This document shows positions 8,947 to 16,859 of a stretch of 64,000 bases of DNA, piece by piece; positions within the stretch are counted from its first letter, which is position 1, and each line of letters starts with the position of its first letter. The stretch covers positions 1 through 64,000 of the IMG/VR virus record IMGVR_UViG_3300050821_008386. One strand, written 5' to 3'. Both the position numbers and the translations under genes were made by a program. The notes beneath the pieces are model-generated. The model was not told where the DNA came from. It searched no databases and saw only the letters and a program-made list of their open reading frames with translations. This stretch comes from a virus.

Positions 8947-9353
8947 GAAAGTTCGAACAGTTGAGCGACGAGGAATTGGATATTCTTGAGATCTTTCTGT
9001 GTCTTCCATGGGAATCGACTCGAAATAGAATCAGGCGTTCACTCCTAAAGGATATAGATGACGAGTACATCTTTAGGCGCGCCGGAGAAAAGGCTTTCAA
9101 TCATCTGGCAAGTAAGCGCACCAATCCCGATACATGGACCTACGATTTTGAGGAAATGGGAGGTTACGACTGCATGACTGACGCTTTCCTTATCAAGCTT
9201 AACGGATGCACGAGGGCCAAGATGGACCTGAGATTGTACGGGCAGGAAACATCATGGGAACCACGAGAGGACGACCATAACCCTAAAAAGGAGGCAGAAG
9301 AATATGCCCGACTCATCGTGGATGCTTTAAACGCGCAGAGCAGAAAGAAATAG
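8943..9353 (+). CDS. Hypothetical protein
   Basis: ATGA overlap; abuts relaxase start. Confidence 0.65.
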   Translation: MRKFEQLSDEELDILEIFLCLPWESTRNRIRRSLLKDIDDEYIFRRAGEKAFNHLASKRTNPDTWTYDFEEMGGYDCMTDAFLIKLNGCTRAKMDLRLYGQETSWEPREDDHNPKKEAEEYARLIVDALNAQSRKK

Positions 9354-12125
9354 GTGCTCTACGGTGTCCCATTCAAAGTAGGTAAAGACTACCTGTCGTA
9401 CCTCGAACGCAACCTCGAGCATGCCGGGATCTGGCAAGGATCTGCCTGCGAGAACTTTGGCCTAACGCCTGGCACTCAGATCACGCAGGAACAGTTTCAA
9501 GCAATCCGCGAGAACAGGCATCCAGTGACCGGAAAACGCCTGACCGCACGAACCAATAAAACGCATCAAATATGGAAGATCATGAAAAACAGGTGGGTCC
9601 AGAAAACTGAATCAAACAGAGTGGTGTTTTACGATTTCACCTGTTCCGCGCCTAAAACCTTTTCTATTCTCGCGCTTCCCGGCGGCAAGAAAGAGGTACT
9701 GGAATGGCACCGCAAAGCTGTCGACAAGATGCTCGTTGAAATGGAATCGGTCACCGCTCGGATCGACCGATCTAAAGGTGCCAACGTTCTGGAAACCACC
9801 GGACGATTTGCCGCGGCTCGGTTTTCCCATGATTTAAACCGGAGCGGTGAACCGGGAATTCACGATCATCTGTTGATCGTTAACGCGACGCCGGCGGATA
9901 ACGGGAAAAACTATGCCGTGATGTCCAGTGCCTGGATGGAACGGTCACGGTATCTGACTCAGGTTTATCGGGACGCACTGGCGCACGAAGCGCGTAAAGC
10001 CGGGTACGCCGTAACTTACGACGAGCATCACGCACCCCAGATTGCCGGAATCGAAGATCTGATCAGCGTTTATAGCGGTCGCTCAGCGGATGTCGCCGCT
10101 TTGATCGAGGCCGCCGAAGAAATCACCGGAACGGTTCTGGACCCGAACGAAGTCAAGAAACTGGTCGTTTGTTCGCGCGGATTGGATCTGGCCGAATTCC
10201 GCGATAAATGGCGCGTACGCAGCACGGAATTAAAAGCCGATGCATTGAACCATCCTGACCCTAAAGAACAGCGTGCGTCGATCCTGAGCGCGTTTACCCA
10301 TCTGGTGATTGATTGTTCGGATGGTGGAACGATCGAATCGACCACTGAAGCTGTCATCCAGGCGCAACGGGAGATGTTGAGTCCAGAAGATCTGGCGCGC
10401 TTAGAGAATATCCCGAAAATGCCCCCACCGGTTGGTAACCATGACCTGATGGAATCGGTCCAGTACGCTCTGGATCATTTGTTCGAACGATTGTCGGTAG
10501 TCCACGATCACAAGATCTACGCAGAAGCGGTCAGACACGCTGCGGGCACCAACGTGAACCTCGATCTGTTGAAAAAACTGGTCGATAACCATCCGCGCCT
10601 GATCCGTAAAGGAGACGAGTTTACTACTCGCGAACATATGGACCGGGAAACTCAGATTAATCTCTGGATCCAAAACGGGTACGGGCAGGGAGTCCGGTTT
10701 CAGCCGGTCAAAGATCCGCAGTTGTCGCCTGACCAGTTGCGGGCGGTTAACGAGCTCTTGGCCTGCCCAGACCAATTCAGCGCGTTGATCGGAAGGGCCG
10801 GGACTGGGAAATCGCATGCCCTGGACGGTCTGGTGCGGGTCAACATCGATAAAGGGTACCGGGCCGCGGTCATGGCACCCTCGGTTAAAGCTACCGATGT
10901 CCTGACGCATCCTGACCGTTGCACGCTCCAGATGTTTTTGACTAATCCCCATGTCCGCAAACATCTCAGGCCAATGGATCTGGTGATTCTGGATGAAGCG
11001 GGATTCTGTTCAGTCCGGCAGATGTACGATCTGATCAAACTGGTGGTGAAAAACGGCTATCGCCTTTGTCTGGTTGGCGATCCGCGACAACACACCAGCG
11101 TGGAAGCAGGCGACAGTTTTAGAATCATTCTCAACACTACCGGGATCAAACGAGAGTGGTTGGAAAAGATCGTCCGCCAACATCCTAACGCTATGAAAGG
11201 GGCGTACCTGAAAGCGGCCAAACTATTGTCACAAGCTAAAGTCACTGAAGCGTTCAGGGTGTTTGACGCTGCCGGAGCGCTACACGAACTGCACGGTCAA
11301 GGCCGAATCAACACGCTGGCGAGCCGGTACGTCGAGGAACGTGAAGCCGGGAAAAGCGTTATCTGTGTTAATTCTTCTCACGTGGAAAATGACGCCGTCA
11401 ACGATGCGGTTCGCCATCTGTTAAAAAAAAACGGATTAATCGGCGGTGAAGAACGGGTGTATGCCGCGCACCGGACATTAGGTTGGACTCTAGCGGAGAA
11501 AAAACAGTTCGGACGCCTTAAACCGGGATACATCATCGAGATCACTCGCGGCAAAGATAAAGGTAAAGCGTTCGAGGTGCGCCAGGTGCAATGTGATCGA
11601 GCGTTTGGCGTCGACGAGCATGGGGTCCGTCGCCAGTTCGATCGAGGCAACGTCGATGCGTGGGACGTTTGCCAGCGGCGAGATCTCCCGATAGCGATTG
11701 GAGACGATATTATCGCCCATTCAGGAATGAAAGGGCGCCGGGGGGATATCATTAACGGCGAACGGTTCAGAATTGCCGGGTTCACCGATTCCGGGCCGAT
11801 GTCGACTACAGGTAAACTGATCGAGACACGCAACCTCACACACGGATACGCGTCGACGAGTCACCGGAGTCAAGGGGACACAGTGGACACCGTCCTCTTC
11901 GGACTCTCCCGAACATCACTCAAATTTGCTACCGTCAAACTTGCCTATGTGGCGGCCACCCGGGGCCGGTTCAAGATCGATATCTTTGCGGAAAACAAAC
12001 ACGAACTTTGCGGAATCCAGGATAGAAGCGGCGATCGGAAAAGCGCTCTGGAATTAGTGATCCAGCGGATCAAGAGTCGGAAAACAGCCAAACAGACTGT
12101 TCAGAACGAACGAAAAGTGGCTTAG
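9354..12125 (+). CDS. mobF: MobF/TrwC-family conjugative relaxase-helicase
   Basis: N-terminal Tyr (DYLSY), GIWQG, DFTCSAPKTFS, H..R..EPGIHDH HUH motif; SF1B helicase motifs GRAGTGKS, DEAG, GDPRQH, HGYASTSHRSQG, YVAATRGR. Confidence 0.95.
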   Translation: MLYGVPFKVGKDYLSYLERNLEHAGIWQGSACENFGLTPGTQITQEQFQAIRENRHPVTGKRLTARTNKTHQIWKIMKNRWVQKTESNRVVFYDFTCSAPKTFSILALPGGKKEVLEWHRKAVDKMLVEMESVTARIDRSKGANVLETTGRFAAARFSHDLNRSGEPGIHDHLLIVNATPADNGKNYAVMSSAWMERSRYLTQVYRDALAHEARKAGYAVTYDEHHAPQIAGIEDLISVYSGRSADVAALIEAAEEITGTVLDPNEVKKLVVCSRGLDLAEFRDKWRVRSTELKADALNHPDPKEQRASILSAFTHLVIDCSDGGTIESTTEAVIQAQREMLSPEDLARLENIPKMPPPVGNHDLMESVQYALDHLFERLSVVHDHKIYAEAVRHAAGTNVNLDLLKKLVDNHPRLIRKGDEFTTREHMDRETQINLWIQNGYGQGVRFQPVKDPQLSPDQLRAVNELLACPDQFSALIGRAGTGKSHALDGLVRVNIDKGYRAAVMAPSVKATDVLTHPDRCTLQMFLTNPHVRKHLRPMDLVILDEAGFCSVRQMYDLIKLVVKNGYRLCLVGDPRQHTSVEAGDSFRIILNTTGIKREWLEKIVRQHPNAMKGAYLKAAKLLSQAKVTEAFRVFDAAGALHELHGQGRINTLASRYVEEREAGKSVICVNSSHVENDAVNDAVRHLLKKNGLIGGEERVYAAHRTLGWTLAEKKQFGRLKPGYIIEITRGKDKGKAFEVRQVQCDRAFGVDEHGVRRQFDRGNVDAWDVCQRRDLPIAIGDDIIAHSGMKGRRGDIINGERFRIAGFTDSGPMSTTGKLIETRNLTHGYASTSHRSQGDTVDTVLFGLSRTSLKFATVKLAYVAATRGRFKIDIFAENKHELCGIQDRSGDRKSALELVIQRIKSRKTAKQTVQNERKVA

Positions 12126-12135
12126 GCTACTTTTC

Positions 12136-12384
12136 ATGAACATCTTATCACTTCTTTTACTGGGTGCCCCGACATCTGCTACTCCAAACGTCGGGCCATG
12201 GATTCATTTCTTCTGGGTTTTACTGATCCTTTGCCTGATCCTCTTTGTTCTCTGGTGGGTCTGGACCAAGATCAGCGGGATGATTCCAGAACCGATCCGA
12301 ACAATCGTCATGGTTCTCGGCGTGGTGGCACTAGCGGCCATCATCATCATCTACGTCCTGATGCCGCTGATGGGAGTTTTCTAG
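12136..12384 (+). CDS. Small membrane protein with two helices
   Basis: Two strongly hydrophobic segments. Confidence 0.7.
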   Translation: MNILSLLLLGAPTSATPNVGPWIHFFWVLLILCLILFVLWWVWTKISGMIPEPIRTIVMVLGVVALAAIIIIYVLMPLMGVF

Positions 12385-13163
12385 ACGAAACAGTTACCAG
12401 AGTCGCAAGCTCTTTCAAAAAGATCTGGTTCCTGAGAGAAATTTACTTGGTCGATCGGGATACAGGATCTGTGCAACCAGAAGAAAGGATCCGTTTGTTG
12501 GATTTCTTTTTCTAGGATCGCTGCCATATGTAACTCTTCCTGGGTAATGCCAAGCCACTCATCGTCCTTCTGATTTGGGCAATCGTAACAGGCACTCCTC
12601 GGAGGAGTGGGCCAACCTATTTTTTGGCACTCAAGAATAGCTTGATGTCGGCGCATAGGAATATCGTGGATAAGGGGAAAACGAATCAACCCTTTTGTGT
12701 ATTCTTCCCCATCCATCATCGATAGCGCCCTCTTGCATTCATTAATGCTGAACCCGATCCACTTTCGGTACTGGGATCGCGTGATCCCTTTTACCTTAGA
12801 TAACCAGCGATCGACAACATGTTGTTTCCAAGACTTGGAACAAAACGCGGATAGTTTTCCGACTGACCCGATCACTTGATTAGTAAATCCGGGCATCAAG
12901 ACTGTCTCCTTGTTGTGGGAAAGCCACTGCTTTCCGTGGTCAGGAATCGATCCGTACTCTGAGTATTTAACCCTTACGATCTCCATTCCAATGGATTGGA
13001 GAGAAGGATTGACGATATCTTCAAGATATCGCCATGTACTGGACCTTTCTCTCCCAGTGTCAGCGATCACTGCGAAATCTGGTTTAGGCAGTTTGCCTTG
13101 AATAATGAGCGCGGCAATAGCACTGCTTTGCGTTCCTCCTCCGCTCGAAAAGACTTCAATCAT
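12381..13163 (-). CDS. PAPS reductase-like PP-loop protein with Cys cluster
   Basis: SSGGGTQS, IADTGRE, IGFS..E..R, PPRSACYDCP, terminal CDSGNCF. Confidence 0.8.
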   Translation of the reverse strand: MIEVFSSGGGTQSSAIAALIIQGKLPKPDFAVIADTGRERSSTWRYLEDIVNPSLQSIGMEIVRVKYSEYGSIPDHGKQWLSHNKETVLMPGFTNQVIGSVGKLSAFCSKSWKQHVVDRWLSKVKGITRSQYRKWIGFSINECKRALSMMDGEEYTKGLIRFPLIHDIPMRRHQAILECQKIGWPTPPRSACYDCPNQKDDEWLGITQEELHMAAILEKEIQQTDPFFWLHRSCIPIDQVNFSQEPDLFERACDSGNCFV

Positions 13164-13672
13164 TGTGCGCTAGTGACCGTTGGCAACAGCGTTGCGCTAC
13201 CCATGCGCAACATGGCAATCGCCAGATTGACGTTTCGGAAAAGATCGATGCCGGCAGGAGTCAGTTTAGTGGTCGGGTTACCCTGTACCAGGAGATAATG
13301 GGCGATCATGTTGTTGATGTTCATTAAAGCTGTCGCGTACAAGGCCGCCCGGTTCGCGCCCTGAAGTCCATTAGCAACCAGCGGTATCGCAACACCGGAC
13401 CCGGCTAATATAACCGCACTGGCACCGTGAGTGAAGAAGGCAGATACCGTGGCAAGCCCGATTCCGGCCGCTGCCGCTCCGTAGGTCAATGCTTCGTCGA
13501 CATCCATCCGTTTGATGATCGATCGTTCAGCGTTATCGGCCAGAACCATGATCTGGACATCGTTGTAGCTGAATGTGGTGATCACCGGGCCACGCGCCAA
13601 CTGGGTCAGGCTGGGCCCGTAACTCTGGCAGGCGCATAAGAAGAGGGATAAACTGAGAACGAGTCGTTTCAT
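13160..13672 (-). CDS. Putative lipoprotein
   Basis: MKR plus hydrophobic stretch plus LCAC lipobox. Confidence 0.65.
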   Translation of the reverse strand: MKRLVLSLSLFLCACQSYGPSLTQLARGPVITTFSYNDVQIMVLADNAERSIIKRMDVDEALTYGAAAAGIGLATVSAFFTHGASAVILAGSGVAIPLVANGLQGANRAALYATALMNINNMIAHYLLVQGNPTTKLTPAGIDLFRNVNLAIAMLRMGSATLLPTVTSAQ

Positions 13673-15306
13673 TCGGACAAAATGTTATCCACCATTTGAA
13701 TGCGTTCCGCGATCCAGCGTACGACGGGTACGGCAAAAGAATTTCCGATCGCTTTGTACCTTGGGCCATCGCAAGCAGGTTTTCCGCGGTACGGAACGTT
13801 CGTCCAGTTATCTGGTAGCCCTTGCAATCTTTCGCACTCTTTGACCGTTAATCTGCGCACCCCTGATGCCACCACCCCATGATGCCGCCTAGACCCATTG
13901 TTGGCGTCCAGAGTTGCGTGAACATCACCGGTGGTCCGCATCCCTGATTGCGAGGATTGAAAGGCTATCGCCGGATAAGATTGCCCCGGTTTACCGCCTC
14001 CAGTCTTGAGTGCTCCGACAGTGTCTCCGTCGCCTCCTTCCAGCCTAAGTTCTGCTCGACTGTTCTCGGCAAACGCCACGTAACTCCGAGAACTCCCGCC
14101 GCTGGACGCACGCACGCTCGCAGTACCTTGACTCATCTCTGGCATCGCACCGCCGTCGCGGCCTCTCAGATCGAATGCTATCAGGGTACTTTCTCTTGCT
14201 CCTCCGTGCCCATTCAGGTCACCTTTGCGGATCGTCGAGGAAACCTCTGATTCGCTCCAGAATCCTTTCCCTGATTCATTGCAGACCACCGCTTGAGGGA
14301 CAGTACGGGCCTCCAGCGTGAAGGCATTCCCGTCGTCTCTGAATCCTTTCCCATCTGGTCCAGCGTCTGCGTTCTCGCATATGGCGCGTTCCTGAATGGC
14401 TATTACCGGGATAATTGGTGTTCCTCGACCTGTTCCATCTTCACTCGCGTCAAAACCGTCTGCGCGAAGTGGATGGGTGACAAATGTCTCTGTCCCCAGA
14501 TCGATCCTGACACCGTGACCTTCCAGACATGCGGCGTTCTCGGTTTCTAAGGTGCCTGAAAAACAGGCTACAAAAGCATCCTGTCCTCTTGTGTCTCCTG
14601 TCCGTTCAAATCCTCTGCCGCTGGCTCCGATGCAAGGACTGAGGTCACGGGTGACTTGCACTCCTCCTGCGCATTCGAAGTTGGAGCTAAACCCGCCGCC
14701 TGCCGTAGTGCGCGCTCCAAGGGTTCCGGTAACGTCTTCCCTCTCTTTTCGGCTCGGCGCAAGATTCCCGAGCAGGCTTTCGCGCTCAAATAATACGGCA
14801 GCAGATGGGCGCCAGTCGGTTCCAAGATGTCCGACAACGAAGACGCGACGCCGGCGCTGTGGAACTCCGCAATATTGAGCGTCAAGGATCCGCCAGGAGA
14901 CGCTATACCCGCATTCGACCAACCCTCCGATAAAGGTTCCAAACGCCCGTCCTCCGTCAATTGACAGGATGCCGGGGACGTTCTCCCACACCAACCAGCG
15001 GGGGCGCAGACGTGCAGCCAATTTAATATACTCAAGGGCCAGGTTACCAGTCGCCGCGTCCAATCCTTGCCGCAGGCCAGCGATACTGAAGGATTGGCAG
15101 GGGGTTCCTCCGATAAGAAGGTCAATTGCGTGAGTGCCAGATTGGATGTGTCGGAAGTCGCCATAAAGCTTTACGTGAGGGTAATGATGTTTTAGAACTG
15201 CTCTGGGAAACGCGTCAATCTCGGAAAAAAACTCCGGGGTCCAGCCTAGAGAATCAAAAGCAACGCTAGCCGCCTCTATGCCGCTGCACACAGATCCGTA
15301 GATCAT
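13669..15306 (-). CDS. dcm: C5 DNA cytosine methyltransferase with long variable region
   Basis: CSGIEA, GGTPCQSFS, WENVPG, QRRRRVF, ECERLQGLP, AIGNS. Confidence 0.95.
   Translation of the reverse strand: MIYGSVCSGIEAASVAFDSLGWTPEFFSEIDAFPRAVLKHHYPHVKLYGDFRHIQSGTHAIDLLIGGTPCQSFSIAGLRQGLDAATGNLALEYIKLAARLRPRWLVWENVPGILSIDGGRAFGTFIGGLVECGYSVSWRILDAQYCGVPQRRRRVFVVGHLGTDWRPSAAVLFERESLLGNLAPSRKEREDVTGTLGARTTAGGGFSSNFECAGGVQVTRDLSPCIGASGRGFERTGDTRGQDAFVACFSGTLETENAACLEGHGVRIDLGTETFVTHPLRADGFDASEDGTGRGTPIIPVIAIQERAICENADAGPDGKGFRDDGNAFTLEARTVPQAVVCNESGKGFWSESEVSSTIRKGDLNGHGGARESTLIAFDLRGRDGGAMPEMSQGTASVRASSGGSSRSYVAFAENSRAELRLEGGDGDTVGALKTGGGKPGQSYPAIAFQSSQSGMRTTGDVHATLDANNGSRRHHGVVASGVRRLTVKECERLQGLPDNWTNVPYRGKPACDGPRYKAIGNSFAVPVVRWIAERIQMVDNILSE
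14568..15164 (-). CDS. Alternative-frame internal ORF, M.EcoHK31I beta-subunit-like
   Basis: SSLSDILE..YYLSAKACSGILRRAEKRGKTLP..L..AL motif; nested in the methylase gene. Confidence 0.7.
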   Translation of the reverse strand: MATSDTSNLALTQLTFLSEEPPANPSVSLACGKDWTRRLVTWPLSILNWLHVCAPAGWCGRTSPASCQLTEDGRLEPLSEGWSNAGIASPGGSLTLNIAEFHSAGVASSLSDILEPTGAHLLPYYLSAKACSGILRRAEKRGKTLPEPLERALRQAAGLAPTSNAQEECKSPVTSVLASEPAAEDLNGQETQEDRMLL

Positions 15307-15473
15307 GCCTGCTCTTTCGGTCGCGACATCACCTTGTTCCGGTACGCCCGGTTCTCGCGCATTTTCCGGCAGCTTTTACATTCGCTGGTCCGCCCGGTCT
15401 TTGAATGTTTATCGACCGAGAACTCTTCTTCGAGATCTTTAGGCACACCGCATTTGCTGCATATTTTGGTCAT
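15303..15473 (-). CDS. 56-aa C4 zinc-finger protein (MTKICSKCG...ECKSCRK), not in ORF track
   Basis: Manual translation; stop overlaps methylase ATG. Confidence 0.65.
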   Translation of the reverse strand: MTKICSKCGVPKDLEEEFSVDKHSKTGRTSECKSCRKMRENRAYRNKVMSRPKEQA

Positions 15474-15642
15474 CTAGTTTTTTACCCACCTTTTTGGCGT
15501 ACCTCGCGTTTGCGGCTTTCCTCCGGCAATCCATGCATTCAGTCTCCCTCTTATCCACCGTGGTTGCGCTCAGATAAAAGAGGCGCAGCGGTTTGGCCGG
15601 CGGCCCGCATTCTTTGCAGACTTTGAGTCCGTCTAATCGCAT
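15439..15642 (-). CDS. C4 zinc-finger protein
   Basis: CKEC..ECMDC. Confidence 0.55.
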   Translation of the reverse strand: MRLDGLKVCKECGPPAKPLRLFYLSATTVDKRETECMDCRRKAANARYAKKVGKKLDDQNMQQMRCA

Positions 15643-15778
15643 ATCGTTGTTTTCCGTCCTCGGTCTTGCACCATTTACAGGTGCCTGTTAAACCATCTCT
15701 AGCTTCTGGATCGTGGTAGAACTCCGCTTTTCCAGGAACTGTGCTCTTATAAAGACCGCATTTTTTGCATCGTTTCAT
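15551..15778 (-). CDS. C4 zinc-finger protein
   Basis: CKKC..EFY..DGLTGTCKWC. Confidence 0.65.
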   Translation of the reverse strand: MKRCKKCGLYKSTVPGKAEFYHDPEARDGLTGTCKWCKTEDGKQRYAIRRTQSLQRMRAAGQTAAPLLSERNHGG

Positions 15779-16122
15779 TTCGGGAATGCGTAACAGGTCA
15801 CTTTCATGAACTGGAACGGATTAATGATGAGATCCCCAACCAGTTTAACGTCGACTTGCAAGACGTCTGCGCACGTCTGTGTAACCTCCTGAAGCATCCC
15901 TTCCATTGACCTGACATTACCTTTACCGCCCCGGTAAGAGTCAGCAAAGGACCGCAAACTCTTCACTTCAAGAAATAGGTTCTGGCCTTTGTAAGTGATG
16001 ATCATCTTTGATCCTTTCTGGGGATTTCCTGTCACCGGGCATAGGTCATGGATGTAAATGACGTGTTCGTGTTCAGTAAAAGCGCACCGGGTTTCGTTCG
16101 GTTGCGATTTCAGTTCCACCAT
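15775..16122 (-). CDS. QueF-like T-fold protein
   Basis: LCPVTGNP, LEVKSL, conserved Glu in SMEG; adjacent to DpdA-like gene. Confidence 0.78.
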   Translation of the reverse strand: MVELKSQPNETRCAFTEHEHVIYIHDLCPVTGNPQKGSKMIITYKGQNLFLEVKSLRSFADSYRGGKGNVRSMEGMLQEVTQTCADVLQVDVKLVGDLIINPFQFMKVTCYAFPK

Positions 16123-16859
16123 TTTGTCATGACCTCCTGAACATGGAATACAGGATGCTCGATCAGTTTCTCGACTTTAGCGGCGTACCGCAGCGCGAGT
16201 CGCGGATCATTAGAATCAGCGTCATCAAAACCCACGCGAGTCCACGCCATGGAATCAGAACTGTGCAGAAGGGCTCGTACGGTTCCTCTCTCGATGGATT
16301 CCAGTTTCAATCCAAAACCGTGCAATCGCAGGTCGGGCCGCTCCGCTTTGATGGCTAAAAGAACGTCCTCGATAGCGTCCGGGTTCGAGTTGCGTTTACA
16401 GACTGAGCCAACTCCTACCCACGCCCCTTTCTTAAGCCAGTCGCCGTACATTCGAACGTGGCAAACGTAATCCTCTGGATGGAATCCTTGAAGAACCGGG
16501 AGAATCGGAATATCGGAAGATTCCTGAAGATAAACATAACTCAGAAGGGTTTTCTCTTGATGATGTCCGATGGTAAAACCCGTTTTGTTCAAGATAAACG
16601 GCTCACACATCCAATCCTGACAGACCGCAGCTACCATCTCGCCGAATTCCGAAAACTTGTGGATATATTCAAGGTATTGATCCTGATCGAGTACGTGTTT
16701 GCCGTGTTTAGCGATCTGGCTAAAGGCACCCGAATCCATGATCCATTTATTGACCTTAAACCCGCTTCGGCGTTTCAGCAGGGCGTTCACTGAAATCATC
16801 GCACGTTCAAAAGGCCACGCGTCCGAGGGATGATGGAGTCCGCAGTAAAACTCCTTCAT
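16110..16859 (-). CDS. dpdA: DpdA/TGT-like 7-deazaguanine DNA transglycosylase
   Basis: MDSGAFS, QDWMCEP, PVLQG, VGVGSVCKR, LHGFGLK, SSDSMAW. Confidence 0.85.
   Translation of the reverse strand: MKEFYCGLHHPSDAWPFERAMISVNALLKRRSGFKVNKWIMDSGAFSQIAKHGKHVLDQDQYLEYIHKFSEFGEMVAAVCQDWMCEPFILNKTGFTIGHHQEKTLLSYVYLQESSDIPILPVLQGFHPEDYVCHVRMYGDWLKKGAWVGVGSVCKRNSNPDAIEDVLLAIKAERPDLRLHGFGLKLESIERGTVRALLHSSDSMAWTRVGFDDADSNDPRLALRYAAKVEKLIEHPVFHVQEVMTKWWN

Noticed and set aside
16110-16859. Host-type tRNA-guanine transglycosylase
   Set aside because: Too short, no C-terminal zinc motif, and sits in a phage DNA-modification operon
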